64,000 nucleotides of DNA from an uncultured Verrucomicrobiae bacterium (GCA_963702845.1 OY969763.1:4256001-4320000); one strand, 5' to 3'. Shown: positions 31,379 through 41,673, counted from the first letter of the stretch. Numbers and translations: made by a program. The notes: generated by a model not told the origin, from the sequence alone.

Positions 31379-31954
31379 ATGCGAACATTCCGAAATTTGT
31401 TTATCCTCATGGGCCTTCTCTCATTTCTCTTCAGCGGTTGCATCAAGCGGCCAGAGGCACAGAGCCCAGCGAGTTCCAACAGATCGTCCGGGGAGGTGTC
31501 GTTCGAGAGGACAACGGGACTGCGTGACAAGGTCATTGCCAACTCAAAAGACCAAGCCAGCCTCCGCGAACTCGTGAGTCTGCTGGATGACAGCTCCGCC
31601 CTTAACAGGGCCAATGCGGCGGGATGCCTGCGTCAGCTTGGGCATAATAGAGTGACGCGAGATCAAGTTGCGCCGATCGCCGTTCCGGCGTTAGCTAGTC
31701 GAATCGACTCCGTAGGTCGCGAAGCACCGATTGCTCTGGGCGCTTATGGATCGCTTGCGGCGCCCGCGGTGCCTCAGTTGATACGAGCAGTCGAGCAGTA
31801 TCCAACGCAAGATACAGGGTGGTTTGCCGCAGAAGCGTTGGGTGACATCGGCCCCGCTGCGAAGGACGCAATTCCAGTACTCACGGCCGTTAAAGACAAG
31901 AAGTGGATCGGCGAATACGCGGCGAAGGCGTTGCGGAAAATCAACGGCATATAA
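31379..31954 (+). CDS. HEAT-repeat lipoprotein (cassette)
   Basis: LFSGC lipobox; AAEALGDIGPAAKDAIPVL; follows type B repeat. Confidence 0.7.
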   Translation: MRTFRNLFILMGLLSFLFSGCIKRPEAQSPASSNRSSGEVSFERTTGLRDKVIANSKDQASLRELVSLLDDSSALNRANAAGCLRQLGHNRVTRDQVAPIAVPALASRIDSVGREAPIALGAYGSLAAPAVPQLIRAVEQYPTQDTGWFAAEALGDIGPAAKDAIPVLTAVKDKKWIGEYAAKALRKINGI

Positions 31955-32103
31955 CGTAACCAGAGTCCTACAGCGGACGGCGGGTTGACCTGAGTTTGCA
32001 ATCCACGAAACGCTCCTACGCCGCAGCCGTCCGCTCTCGGCGATTGCGACGATAGGCGGGTTGGTGATATACAACCCGCTGTTCGTTGATTAATTGTTAG
32101 CTG

Positions 32104-32415
32104 ATGGAAGCGCTAAATAGATTGCAGCAATGGTATCGCTCCCAATGCGACGGCGTCTGGGAGCATTCATGGAGCGTTAGGATCGCCACCCTCGACAACC
32201 CTGGTTGGAGCGTCGATGTTAATCTTTGCGATACACCACTTGAGGGCAAGTCATTTAAGGAACACAGCTATGGGGTTGGCAGCGCCGCGACGACTAGCGG
32301 AGATGAGTGGATCGTATGCAAAGTCGAACAGAACGTATTCAAGGGTCGCGGCGGCCCTTTCAAGTTGCAGGAGTTGATTGAGGTGTTTCTTGATTGGGCG
32401 GAAAAGAACGGCTAA
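32104..32415 (+). CDS. Imm53-like immunity protein (cassette)
   Basis: LQQWYRSQCDGVWEH...IATLDNPGW; bounded by GTTAGCT (32096) and GGCTAAC (32410). Confidence 0.85.
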   Translation: MEALNRLQQWYRSQCDGVWEHSWSVRIATLDNPGWSVDVNLCDTPLEGKSFKEHSYGVGSAATTSGDEWIVCKVEQNVFKGRGGPFKLQELIEVFLDWAEKNG

Positions 32416-32611
32416 CCACCTATTAAGCCCGCGCGGTCGTTAGGCGCATTCCCGCTTTGCGCCTTGAAGTTTAACCCATCCGGTTTCACCTTCGCGCCAT
32501 CGGCGGCACCGACCCACGGTTTGCCTTCAATCATTGCCCCGTTAAATCCCTTGTTCGCGTCTTAAAACTATGCGAACAGTTGTCGCATATTAATCGTTAG
32601 TCGCGCACCAC

Positions 32612-32917
32612 ATGAGAGCCAAAATGCCAGAGTCTCCGTTAGAGTTTTGGATATGGTTCGCCGTTATTGCCATTGTTTGTGTCGGAGCCTGTCGGTTTTC
32701 TCGTCGTTGCTATTGGCTCGCTGCCCCTTTCGCAAGTTTTCTGCTTTATCAGGGGTGGAGCCTTCTTTATGCAAACGTTAGCTTCAGCGGCGAATTACTG
32801 TCGCAACTAGGATTTAGCTACTGGCTTCAGTTCGCCCTATCGTATGCGCTCCCATTGATTAGCATTGCAGTTTACGCCATCTACGATTTCAGGTATCGAA
32901 AGAAACATGCGGACTAA
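32612..32917 (+). CDS. Integron cassette membrane protein
   Basis: GTTAGTC (32596) matched by GACTAAC (32912). Confidence 0.7.
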   Translation: MRAKMPESPLEFWIWFAVIAIVCVGACRFSRRCYWLAAPFASFLLYQGWSLLYANVSFSGELLSQLGFSYWLQFALSYALPLISIAVYAIYDFRYRKKHAD

Positions 32918-33004
32918 CCAAAGCGTTCCAGCGGCCGGCGGGACGACGCTGTATTTTCAATCCTTGAGTCAGTGGCCCGCCACCGCTGAGTTTGTGTGTT
33001 AGGC
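32912..33004 (+). other. attC site (complete)
   Basis: GACTAAC...CAGCGGCCGGCGGG...CCCGCCACCGCTGAG...GTTAGGC, imperfect palindrome of 93 bp. Confidence 0.8.
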
Positions 33005-33014
33005 GACTCAATTT

Positions 33015-33305
33015 ATGTCTCGAAGCGTTCACACCTCACGTCCGAAGTTCCGGAAAGCAGCGAAATATGATTATTCGTCCGAGGGCGAGCGTATTCGCGT
33101 GCTCGGGAAGATCGCCGATGAGATTATGCTTAAACGAACGATGAAGGCAAACGCTCGAATCGAGAAACAGGGCCAGAAGGCTGGCCTCAAGCGATCGCGC
33201 ATTTATGTGGAGCACCGCGCCGCCGCGTCGAAAAAGAGTCCGCCAACACCGGAAGCACAGGAGTTGGTGAAGAAGAATTACCTCGGGAGTAAGAGTTATG
33301 GTTGA
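33015..33305 (+). CDS. Basic hypothetical protein (cassette)
   Basis: Starts 11 bp after attC core; degenerate attC at 33321-33366. Confidence 0.55.
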   Translation: MSRSVHTSRPKFRKAAKYDYSSEGERIRVLGKIADEIMLKRTMKANARIEKQGQKAGLKRSRIYVEHRAAASKKSPPTPEAQELVKKNYLGSKSYG

Positions 33306-33376
33306 GTGGAACGAGCGTAGGCCAAACCAGGCTGGTTCTGAGTGCCACTGACAAGCATTGTTAGGGCATCATTCAT

Positions 33377-33661
33377 ATGGCCAGAACCTTGAAGGTCGAA
33401 CTCGCGGTGCCGAATGCGCTCTCCGTTCAAGACTTGGTTCCCCAATTCCAGAATTTCGGTGAGGATGTTTATCGCGCTTTGCGAAATCAGTGTGAAATCT
33501 CTATTGAAGAGATTGACCATTTCGCTGGCGCGTTCCATTTGCGGGGCATTGACAAGCGTGATGTTCGGACCATCGCTGCAGACGTGCGCAAGATCCTTGA
33601 GAAGCATCATGGGCTCACAGATGTTAAGATTTACGAAGTTCTAGATGACCCAGATGCCTAA
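33377..33661 (+). CDS. Hypothetical protein (cassette)
   Basis: GTTAGGG at 33360; stop in GCCTAAC (33656); attC extends to about 33746. Confidence 0.65.
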   Translation: MARTLKVELAVPNALSVQDLVPQFQNFGEDVYRALRNQCEISIEEIDHFAGAFHLRGIDKRDVRTIAADVRKILEKHHGLTDVKIYEVLDDPDA

Positions 33662-34633
33662 CTTTTGCTCTAGCCAACCCGCCGATTGTCATCATGCGTT
33701 CATCCGGGCACTTCGTGCGGCGCGTGGCTGAACCGATTCGTTCGGGTCCGCTCTCGGTAATTCGAACGCTGATTACATAACAAAGTCAGTTGCGCGCCTG
33801 TCATCTGCGCTGCGTTGTTTTAATCATCGCTGTCGTGAGCAGCGCAGCCGCCAGTCGCTCAAGTTGGTACGAACCTTCGGCATCAGTTAGCCGCCAATAA
33901 AACCCAACGTCACAGGTTATCCAACGTCCCACGCTTCGCACGCACGACACCAATCGTGCTTCTTAATACCTCAACTTGTCGAACGCCCACCCGGCACGCG
34001 CTGTGCAGCCGGGCAGCAGATGCGCCAGGGCACTGAGATAATTGATTTTTAAATTAGTCAGTCAGTGCCCTGTCACATTTGCTGCTAATCCGTCTGCACA
34101 CCGCTTAGCCTCCGCTGCTTGGAAGTCAGAGGTCCAAAAGATTGTTTTGATGCTCGCGATTGGAGCGCTGGGTTGTCTGACGTTGGTTTCCGCGATCTAC
34201 CGCACCAGTTTTATTTTTTGATTTTTTTCAAAGTCAATGTGATGAAAAAAATACAAAAAATAAAACAGGCGCTAGTCGGGTTTCGTGGTTCGGTGTTGCG
34301 GTTTTATAATGATGGTGTTCATAAGCCAGTTCAGTTCTGGATGTCGTGCGGGTCGCCTCAGTGGTGCCTGCCGCGTTTGCCGTGGTGGGCGCAGTATTTG
34401 TGGGTGTTCATCGTGGTTATGGGTTGGTCCCGGTATTTTCCCCGTTCGCGTCAGCCGTGGCGGTATCGTTCGCGGCGGCGTTAGTCGCCCACGCGCAACC
34501 GTATTCCAACCACCCTCTTTGCCGCCTCGATGCTCGGCAGCAGTGCTCCACACGATTTCAGTTAGTGCGCAACAATCGCTCTGCGGGGATCCGGCTGGGC
34601 GGGGGTGAGCTAATCAGGCACGAAATATTTCAC

Positions 34634-35092
34634 TCATTTTTTATAAACCTGACGCTGCTCCAAGCTGGCGCGACTATCTAGAATATAGACGCCAGCGTGA
34701 CAGGTCTGACCGTGAAAAATAGCGCCCTCTTTAGCAATACACATGCTCAATTCAAAGTCGACGAAGCCGCCGGTCCAGCCCACTTCGATGTTGTTCGTAT
34801 TAAGCCATACGTTACCAGGCCTTAACGGCACCAAGAGCGCCGGCCACTGATTTGACTCGACGTTAGAAACATTAGTCGGTTGCAACGCTGAAATCAGGCT
34901 CATGCTTTGACTGTAAAGGTTGCTCCAGTCTTGTTGTGTATAAGTGGCAATACCCTGTGTGGCTTCTTTGATCTGTTTTTCGTAGGCGGCATTGCCAGCG
35001 GACATCGCCGCAAAATAGCCAATAACGTGAAGCACAGGGATTAATACGACTGTCGCAAGAACGACAATGATGCCTATTTTTAGAACTTTCAC
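34634..35092 (-). CDS. Membrane-anchored hypothetical protein
   Basis: 152 aa, N-terminal TM, lower GC than flanks. Confidence 0.55.
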   Translation of the reverse strand: MKVLKIGIIVVLATVVLIPVLHVIGYFAAMSAGNAAYEKQIKEATQGIATYTQQDWSNLYSQSMSLISALQPTNVSNVESNQWPALLVPLRPGNVWLNTNNIEVGWTGGFVDFELSMCIAKEGAIFHGQTCHAGVYILDSRASLEQRQVYKK

Positions 35093-35623
35093 GTGCGGCT
35101 GTTAGTTGCTCCTACAAGCAAAGTATCGTTACGGGGCGCGGTTATAAAGACAACATTTGTTCGCTTTGCTCAGAATATTGAGCGTCTCACGCCGCCTTGA
35201 TTTCCCCGCCGCACGCCGGCGGCACCCGCCCATTTTCCCCCTCGCGCACCAGCGCATTGCCCCCCTCGCGCGCTCCCCGCTCCCGCCCCCGCGCCCCCTC
35301 CCCCAGACCACGTTTACAGTTCCGCATTCGCGGTCGACGCGCGCCGCTGGGGGAGGGGGCAGGCGCGCTCGGAATAGCTAGCAACACTTCGCCCCCTCCC
35401 CCGCTAGGGAACGCGCGCCAACGCGAGCCCGTAAAGACAACCACCTCGCCTCCCGGCTCGCCCCGAAGACAAAGACAAAGACAGCCCAAAGACACCCGCT
35501 ACGCCCGGCGCAGGGTTGCTCTGGCACGCAGTTGAATCGCCAAGGCGATTCGCTGCTTAGCCGTTTTCAATCTCAGACGGCAGTCCAGCTTGAACTCTCC
35601 CTTCTTTCTGCCAACCTCCGTTC

Positions 35624-36181
35624 ATGCGGCAAAAAGCGAAGGTTGCGACCGTGATCCTTTTTGTCCTGGTATTGGTAATTGCCGCAGTTTGGTCGATGAC
35701 TCGTTCTGCACCGGTTACGGTCATGATCCCAAACGGTCCAACACTCACGTTGGTCGACACGACATTCAACGAACCACGTCATGCCGCTCCAAAAAGCAAC
35801 CCAGTAGCACGTGTATTGCAAAAGCTTTTCCTTCGCGTTCCAGAATCTTACCGCCCTCGTTTTTTGCAAAGGCAGTTCAAAATGGGTTTCCTCCACGCCG
35901 TAGACGATACAGCAGTATTTTGGTTCACCGAAAACCCAAGTAAAACCAACGGCGCCCTTCGCACGTGGTGCCCTGTTCAAGGCCGCATATGGGAGCTGGA
36001 TTTCAGATTCCCGAACACTCCAGGAATAGTCGGCATCGTATGCCACCATTGCCCAACAAACGAACCAACGTTGACCATATCATTTTACCGCGCGAACGAA
36101 GGCGTTGTACTGAGGAGCGACATGATCGAATCGAACCTATTGGCCCAAATTTCAGTTAAAAATCCAGCGTATCAGAAATGA
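35624..36181 (+). CDS. Membrane-anchored hypothetical protein
   Basis: N-terminal TM; PVTVMIPNGPTLTLVDTTF. Confidence 0.55.
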   Translation: MRQKAKVATVILFVLVLVIAAVWSMTRSAPVTVMIPNGPTLTLVDTTFNEPRHAAPKSNPVARVLQKLFLRVPESYRPRFLQRQFKMGFLHAVDDTAVFWFTENPSKTNGALRTWCPVQGRIWELDFRFPNTPGIVGIVCHHCPTNEPTLTISFYRANEGVVLRSDMIESNLLAQISVKNPAYQK

Positions 36182-37280
36182 CAACCCCCGCCGCGCAAGC
36201 GTGAGTCCATCGACTCGCTCGTCGCTTGCTTCGCCTCTCCGGCGTGCCAAGGCACCGTCGATGTCCTCACCCTTGCGCAGCCCCACAGAGCCAGACTCCG
36301 GCAGTTGATCCGCTACACTCCGCTAACGTTGCGCGAGCGCCAATCGAACCGCTCCGATTGGCTTGCTCGCTTCACTACCGCTCCGTTTCGCTTCTCAGCC
36401 TCCGGAGACTGGCCATTTCCCCAAGGCCAGCACATCACTGCAACTAGCTCCAGAAACGCTCGCAAGCTTGCTGACTTCCGCTGCGTCGCAGTCATGTGCA
36501 GGCCTCCCGAATCTAGTCTGACCTCTGCGCAAAAGCCTGCGGTATCGCCGAACACTGGCCACGTCTCCCACTCCAGCACGGCGACATCCTCAGCTTCCGC
36601 GCACACGTCAGAGAGCCGCGACCACCGCGAGCCCGTTACGAAGCGACCCCGCGAGAAATTGCTAAGCTCCGTTCAGAACGTGGCCGTGTGCAAACACTCA
36701 TGAAGGATGCTTCCGATCTACAGACACAAGTGACGTTATATTACGTGCCGCCCCACGGTGGCAGCGTGCAAACGCCCGGTATCCGCTGCGCAGAACCTCC
36801 GGCCGTGGGTCCCCGCCGTTTCACTGAGTCGCGTGAACGCTCCCACTCAACGGCCCGGTTCACTAAGATATAACATCGTCTTGTGTCCATAGACCTGGCT
36901 CGCTTGGCACGCTCACATGCTTAAACGCTGATCTTCCCCGCCATCAGCGTTGCAGTGCGCGCGCCAATCGAGCCTCGCATCCTTCACGCCACGCCTCCAC
37001 TCCGCAGCTGAAGCAGGCAGGCGGGGTCGCTTTGTTTGACTAAACGCGCTCAGTCGGCGCTCGCCATTCCCCTGAGCCCTAAAGGTGAGTCCAGACACCG
37101 TCTGGTTCCTTTTCACCCTCTGCTGGCCACTCGACCATCGCCCTCACCGGGCCGCTTTCCGTCAGGGGACAACGTGGCGCCTTCTGAAGACTACTTCCAC
37201 TGTCCGCCTGCCAACGCGGCCTTTCTCGGATGAAGGGCGACAGTCCGAGAGCGCACAGCAGAGCAGTCAAAAAAAAGAAC

Positions 37281-37628
37281 ATGAAAACAAATAAGAAAAA
37301 TAAAAAATCAGAAACGCCAGGGCTCGAGAACCGGATCGCACAACCGAGCAATCAAACAAACACCACTGCGCAGCAGGCGCAGGCCTCCTCCACGTGGCGT
37401 GCAGTGTTTTTCCGTGGCCCGGAGCAAACCAAAGACAAGACAGGTGCAGACGTTCAACGTTGGTCAGTCTACGTCGGAGACGACCAAGGCGAGCCCGTCA
37501 AAACCGTTTACGGTGTCTATGACTTCCGCCGCGCTTCATCGCTCGCGCGTGTCATGTCTGCCGAGCGAAAGCTTGAGCTCATTAATGAGGCACATCCGCC
37601 CATCGAAGTAGAAGCCGCAGCAGCATAG
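37281..37628 (+). CDS. Hypothetical protein
   Basis: ORF followed directly by hairpin TGGCTCGCG...CGCGAGCCA (37636-37664). Confidence 0.5.
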   Translation: MKTNKKNKKSETPGLENRIAQPSNQTNTTAQQAQASSTWRAVFFRGPEQTKDKTGADVQRWSVYVGDDQGEPVKTVYGVYDFRRASSLARVMSAERKLELINEAHPPIEVEAAAA

Positions 37629-38105
37629 TCCCACCTGGCTCGCGTCCGCCCAGGGCGCGAGCCATTCACCTATGAAAAATCCATTACTCGACAACTCTCC
37701 GCGCTGGCGGCAGTGCCTCTTTCAGCTCACCCGCATTGTTACCATCGAGACCCGACGCCGTTGCATGTGCATTCCCACGCGGGAAGAAGCCAAGGACGAA
37801 GCAATCGCCTCCGTCGCCAACATGGCGCGGCGCTCGTTGCCGTCAGAATCTCGAAAAACGGCACCGGCAAGACGGCGACCTACACGTGCGCATACACCTT
37901 GCGCGAGACCCGCTCCGAGGAATTATTCTGACCTACAAACGCGGCTGGCCCTACAGGCCTGCCACTTTTTTGGAGACTCACGTCGCCTCCAAACCTCCAC
38001 GCCAGAGATTTGCAACCTCTGGACTCCGCTCTCGCGGCCTTCCCCTTTGTGAGAACTTCCGTTGCGCTAAATCCTACAACATGCAACGCTCTGTCGTTGC
38101 ACCTT

Positions 38106-38489
38106 ATGACGCACATACAATTCTTGCGCGAATACTTCCAAGCCCGTACAGATCAAATCAAGGCAGAGATCGAACGCCGCTCGCCGTTCCGGCAGAAATA
38201 TTTTGCAGCAGACTGCCTATACGATAGTCGTCGGGGCATTGTTGAGAGTAGCCAAGCAGAGAATATTCTCGACGTTTCCGAGGTAGACGGTGAGGTGCTG
38301 GTGAATACGACAGGCACTTCCGCAAATAAAATGGCCTTCCCACTACGCTACCATTTACGTCGTAACGGTGAGAGTTGGCTGATTCACCAAATAGAGTTTC
38401 GTTGCTCCGCTTGCAACGGCACGGGCAAGTCGCCGTATGCGGAGTCCGGTACCGCCTGCCAATTTTGCGATGGCAAAGGCTGGAGGTAG
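38106..38489 (+). CDS. Hypothetical protein with C-terminal DnaJ-like CxxCxGxG zinc finger
   Basis: CSACNGTG...CQFCDGKG. Confidence 0.65.
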   Translation: MTHIQFLREYFQARTDQIKAEIERRSPFRQKYFAADCLYDSRRGIVESSQAENILDVSEVDGEVLVNTTGTSANKMAFPLRYHLRRNGESWLIHQIEFRCSACNGTGKSPYAESGTACQFCDGKGWR

Positions 38490-38502
38490 CGCAGCTGCTT
38501 AG

Positions 38503-38595
38503 TCACAAACCCCTCAACTTCCGTTGAACCACCACACGCGACTTCGTCGCGACCAAATACCGCGACGCATCCGCTACATCATCTTCGCCGCCTCC
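38503..38595 (-). pseudogene. Duplicated, diverged 3' end of terminase large subunit
   Basis: Encodes GGGEDDVADASRYLVATKSRVVVQRKLRGL*; last 19 aa identical to the intact terminase. Confidence 0.85.
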
Positions 38596-38747
38596 AGGGG
38601 CCAGTGCGGCTCGCACCCTCCACGCCAGAGATTTGCAACCTCTGGACTCCGCTCCTTTGCCACTAGACAGAATGCGAACCGTTGTCGCATATTAACCGTT
38701 AGTTGCTGATTGTGACGTTAGGGCGGCTGCGCTGACCAAGGAAAACC

Positions 38748-39479
38748 ATGAGAACAGCCAATTTCAAATACGCCGTTGTATTTTTCCTATTGCTCGGCCT
38801 GCTGGTCTTCATTGCTTGTCAACACTTCCGGGCAGCTGATTTGGCCGATGAAAATGCCCGGCTTAAGAATGAAATGGCGCAGCACAAAGAGGCGGAAGAA
38901 ACCAACAACATATCTGAATCGCAACTTGCCCAAGCACAATCCGTGAATCGTGCTCAGCTAAAGGAATTACTCCGCCTGCGCACGCAGGTGACCTCGCTAA
39001 GAGCACAGTTGCCGCAACCGACGAGGCAGCCATTGAAGGCGCCGCCGTCGTCCCCGGTTCAAAAGGCGGACCCAGATGTGTCCAGTGAGGAACGTTACGC
39101 GGAGGACATCATCCCTCGGGCCACCTTCGCGCACCAGTGGATGGCCGCACTCAATGAATATGCAACCAAGAATCAGGGACGTTTTCCCACGAATTTCGAT
39201 CAAGCGGCACCATTTCTGTCGGCTGACGCCCAGGGGCAGACTAATGTCGCCACCAACGAATTCGAAATCGTTTTCCAAGGCTCCCAGAACGCTCTTACCA
39301 ACCAGGGTGACGATGAGGTGATCGTCCTGCGAGAGCGCCAGCTACGCCATAGATACGACGGCAAATGGGGGAGAGTTTACGGTCTTGCCGACGGCTCATC
39401 CCTTCAACGTTTCTTCGAAACCCAAGACGCCCTAACGCAGTGGGAGCAGGATCATCTACGAAACACCGCCTCGCCGTAG
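38748..39479 (+). CDS. Membrane-anchored coiled-coil hypothetical protein
   Basis: AAGGA RBS; ELLRLRTQVTSLR; follows partial type A repeat. Confidence 0.65.
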   Translation: MRTANFKYAVVFFLLLGLLVFIACQHFRAADLADENARLKNEMAQHKEAEETNNISESQLAQAQSVNRAQLKELLRLRTQVTSLRAQLPQPTRQPLKAPPSSPVQKADPDVSSEERYAEDIIPRATFAHQWMAALNEYATKNQGRFPTNFDQAAPFLSADAQGQTNVATNEFEIVFQGSQNALTNQGDDEVIVLRERQLRHRYDGKWGRVYGLADGSSLQRFFETQDALTQWEQDHLRNTASP

Positions 39480-39519
39480 CGCTGCGACATGCACAACCGG
39501 AAGGGACAAGCCCTTTTGT

Positions 39520-40914
39520 TTACAACCCGCGCAGCTTCCGTTGAACCACAACGCGCGACTTCGTCGCAACCAGATACCGCAACGCGTCGGCGGTGTCATC
39601 GCCTCCGACCCCTTCATCCGCATCCACCTTCATCACATCCTCGGGCCGATTCGGATCACGTTGCAGCGCCGGCAGACAATCAATCAGCCGCGCGCAACGC
39701 CGATGAATAAACAGCGTCGGTTTGATGCAGGCCTCCACATCACCAAACCTGTGCAAAATCTCCGCCCATCCATTCACGCGATCGGTGTTCGCACACCGCA
39801 GCGTGATTCCTTCGCGCGCATACTGCGCCGCGACCGTGGTGCCGTCGCTCTGTCGACCGAACACATCCGCGCCGGCCACGAACCGTTTCAAATCCGAAAT
39901 CTCCAATTTGCGATTTCCGATCGTCCGCCGATTCACCATCGCCTTGATCGCAAGCGCATGCCGTTGCGGCAACCAAAGCCGATCCGCATGCTCATCCACA
40001 ACGAACATATTCCCGTCGCCATCCGTGCAGCCGAGATAAACGACCGTGTAATGGTTAAAACCATAATCCAGCGCGCAGAACCACTCTCGCGCCCGCTTAT
40101 CATCGAAATCATCGATGACATGCACGTCGCGCCGGAACGTCGTGAAGAATTGCCCCGCCGCAACATCCCAATCACCATCCAGCCAAAGCCGCCGCTGCCA
40201 TGCTGGCAGCCCTTCCAAAACCCGCACATACTCCGGATTGTTGTAACGGTTATCAGTCACGCGCGCCGCGATAAAGCGCGTGTCCGTTTCCTTTCCGTCG
40301 CGGAAAGGAACAATGTATTTCGACTTATACCACTGATGCCCGATGCCGCCCGGATTCGTCGTCGAATAAATCCTCGGTCTCCAATTCGGCTTGCTCGTGC
40401 GGCAACATGTCGAAATGTCCTGATACTTGCGCGACGACAACGTCGTCGCTTCTTCAATCCCAATCACGTCGTATTCAAGCCCGAGATACGCGTCGATGTC
40501 CTTCTCGTTCTGGAAATGCCCCGCGATGATGCGCGACCCGTTCGCAAACGTCAGGATCCCGCGATAGGCCGAGAACTCATGCTTGAGTTTCCCAAACAAA
40601 CGCCGACGCAAATCCTCAAAGTGTTCCGTGTTCGCCTTGCCAACTTTGCGCAACAGCAAACACTTCAACCCAGGCACGCGCTGACAATCATCAGCGCCCA
40701 TTTGCGCGAGCAGCCAATGCGACTTACCACCACCGCGAGCGCCGCCGTAGCCGATCGCCGTTGGCCCATCGCGCCGATCACAAAGCCGCGCGGCCGCTGA
40801 CGCGGCCAGCTGCCGCTCCTGCAGGTAAATTTCTCCACGGAGGAAATTTTCCATCTGCTCGCGCGGACATCCAGCCTTGCGCCCATCGGTCAAATACGCC
40901 TTAACCGAATTCAC
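39520..40914 (-). CDS. terL: Terminase large subunit
   Basis: YGGARGGGKS Walker A, IGIEEA Walker B, TTNPGGIGH, ALDYGF, DDTADALRY nuclease motifs. Confidence 0.93.
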   Translation of the reverse strand: MNSVKAYLTDGRKAGCPREQMENFLRGEIYLQERQLAASAAARLCDRRDGPTAIGYGGARGGGKSHWLLAQMGADDCQRVPGLKCLLLRKVGKANTEHFEDLRRRLFGKLKHEFSAYRGILTFANGSRIIAGHFQNEKDIDAYLGLEYDVIGIEEATTLSSRKYQDISTCCRTSKPNWRPRIYSTTNPGGIGHQWYKSKYIVPFRDGKETDTRFIAARVTDNRYNNPEYVRVLEGLPAWQRRLWLDGDWDVAAGQFFTTFRRDVHVIDDFDDKRAREWFCALDYGFNHYTVVYLGCTDGDGNMFVVDEHADRLWLPQRHALAIKAMVNRRTIGNRKLEISDLKRFVAGADVFGRQSDGTTVAAQYAREGITLRCANTDRVNGWAEILHRFGDVEACIKPTLFIHRRCARLIDCLPALQRDPNRPEDVMKVDADEGVGGDDTADALRYLVATKSRVVVQRKLRGL

Positions 40915-41483
40915 AGCTTCCCTCCCGGCAACGCTTTCGGTTCCGCAACAATCTCCGCTTCGATCGGTTTGCCATAGACATCGTCAAGCGCCTGGACGAA
41001 TTCGACACGCAGCGTCGCGGCAACTTCCCCGGTCACTTCCGTTTTGTCCGTCGCCATACCCGACGACAACCGCCCGAGCCTGCTCGCCAGATCCAGCAAC
41101 CGCGCAATCCCTTCCAACGATCCGCACCGTTGTGGCGCCTTCTTCCACCGCGCAATCGCCTCCCGCGCCAGCTCGATCAACTCCCCGCGCGTCCGCCACT
41201 CCTCCTCGCGATGCTCCTCTTGCCGGCTGACCCATTGCGCCGCCTTGCCGCGCGTCAAAGCTTCAGTCGCTTCCCGCTCAACAATCGCAAGATGCGCCGC
41301 ATGCGCCTGCACCCGCGCCGGCCAATCAAACTTCGCCGACCACCTTCCCAACATCGTCACACTCTTGTGTAACTTCTGTGCAACCGTAGCCAGCGACCGC
41401 TCAGCACCGAGGTTCAGATACAAACTGAACGCCGCAAACGCTTTGTCCGATTCACGTGGTTGTTGTTCAAAAGGGAGAGGCAT
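40911..41483 (-). CDS. Terminase small subunit-like HTH protein
   Basis: FEQQPRESDKAFAAF..Y...RSLA...RWSAKFDW..R; overlaps terL start. Confidence 0.7.
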   Translation of the reverse strand: MPLPFEQQPRESDKAFAAFSLYLNLGAERSLATVAQKLHKSVTMLGRWSAKFDWPARVQAHAAHLAIVEREATEALTRGKAAQWVSRQEEHREEEWRTRGELIELAREAIARWKKAPQRCGSLEGIARLLDLASRLGRLSSGMATDKTEVTGEVAATLRVEFVQALDDVYGKPIEAEIVAEPKALPGGKL

Positions 41484-41673
41484 TGTTTTTCTTTCAGTAA
41501 TCGAAGGTGGCCGTGCGCAAGCACCTTTCTCGAATTTCGGCGATGGTTTCGTCCACTGACAGCCGCTGCCCTGTCTTCCACCAGTGATAGCGTTCTGGCG
41601 AATCAGTCGGGATCACCAGCGTCCCATCAGCCTTCAAATACGGCAGGTTGTCGGTGGCCGTGTGCAAACACTC

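Noticed and set aside
28650..33000. CRISPR array interpretation of type A/B repeats
   Set aside because: Repeats are 50-60+ bp, diverged and separated by whole genes of 300-600 bp; no cas genes
38503..39610. Diversity-generating retroelement TR/VR pair
   Set aside because: Differences are mostly synonymous and not adenine-specific; no reverse transcriptase in window
39541..40800. Long plus-strand ORF opposite terL (also 24629..25687, 42779..43732, 5065..6144)
   Set aside because: Antisense shadows of high-GC genes with no recognisable motifs
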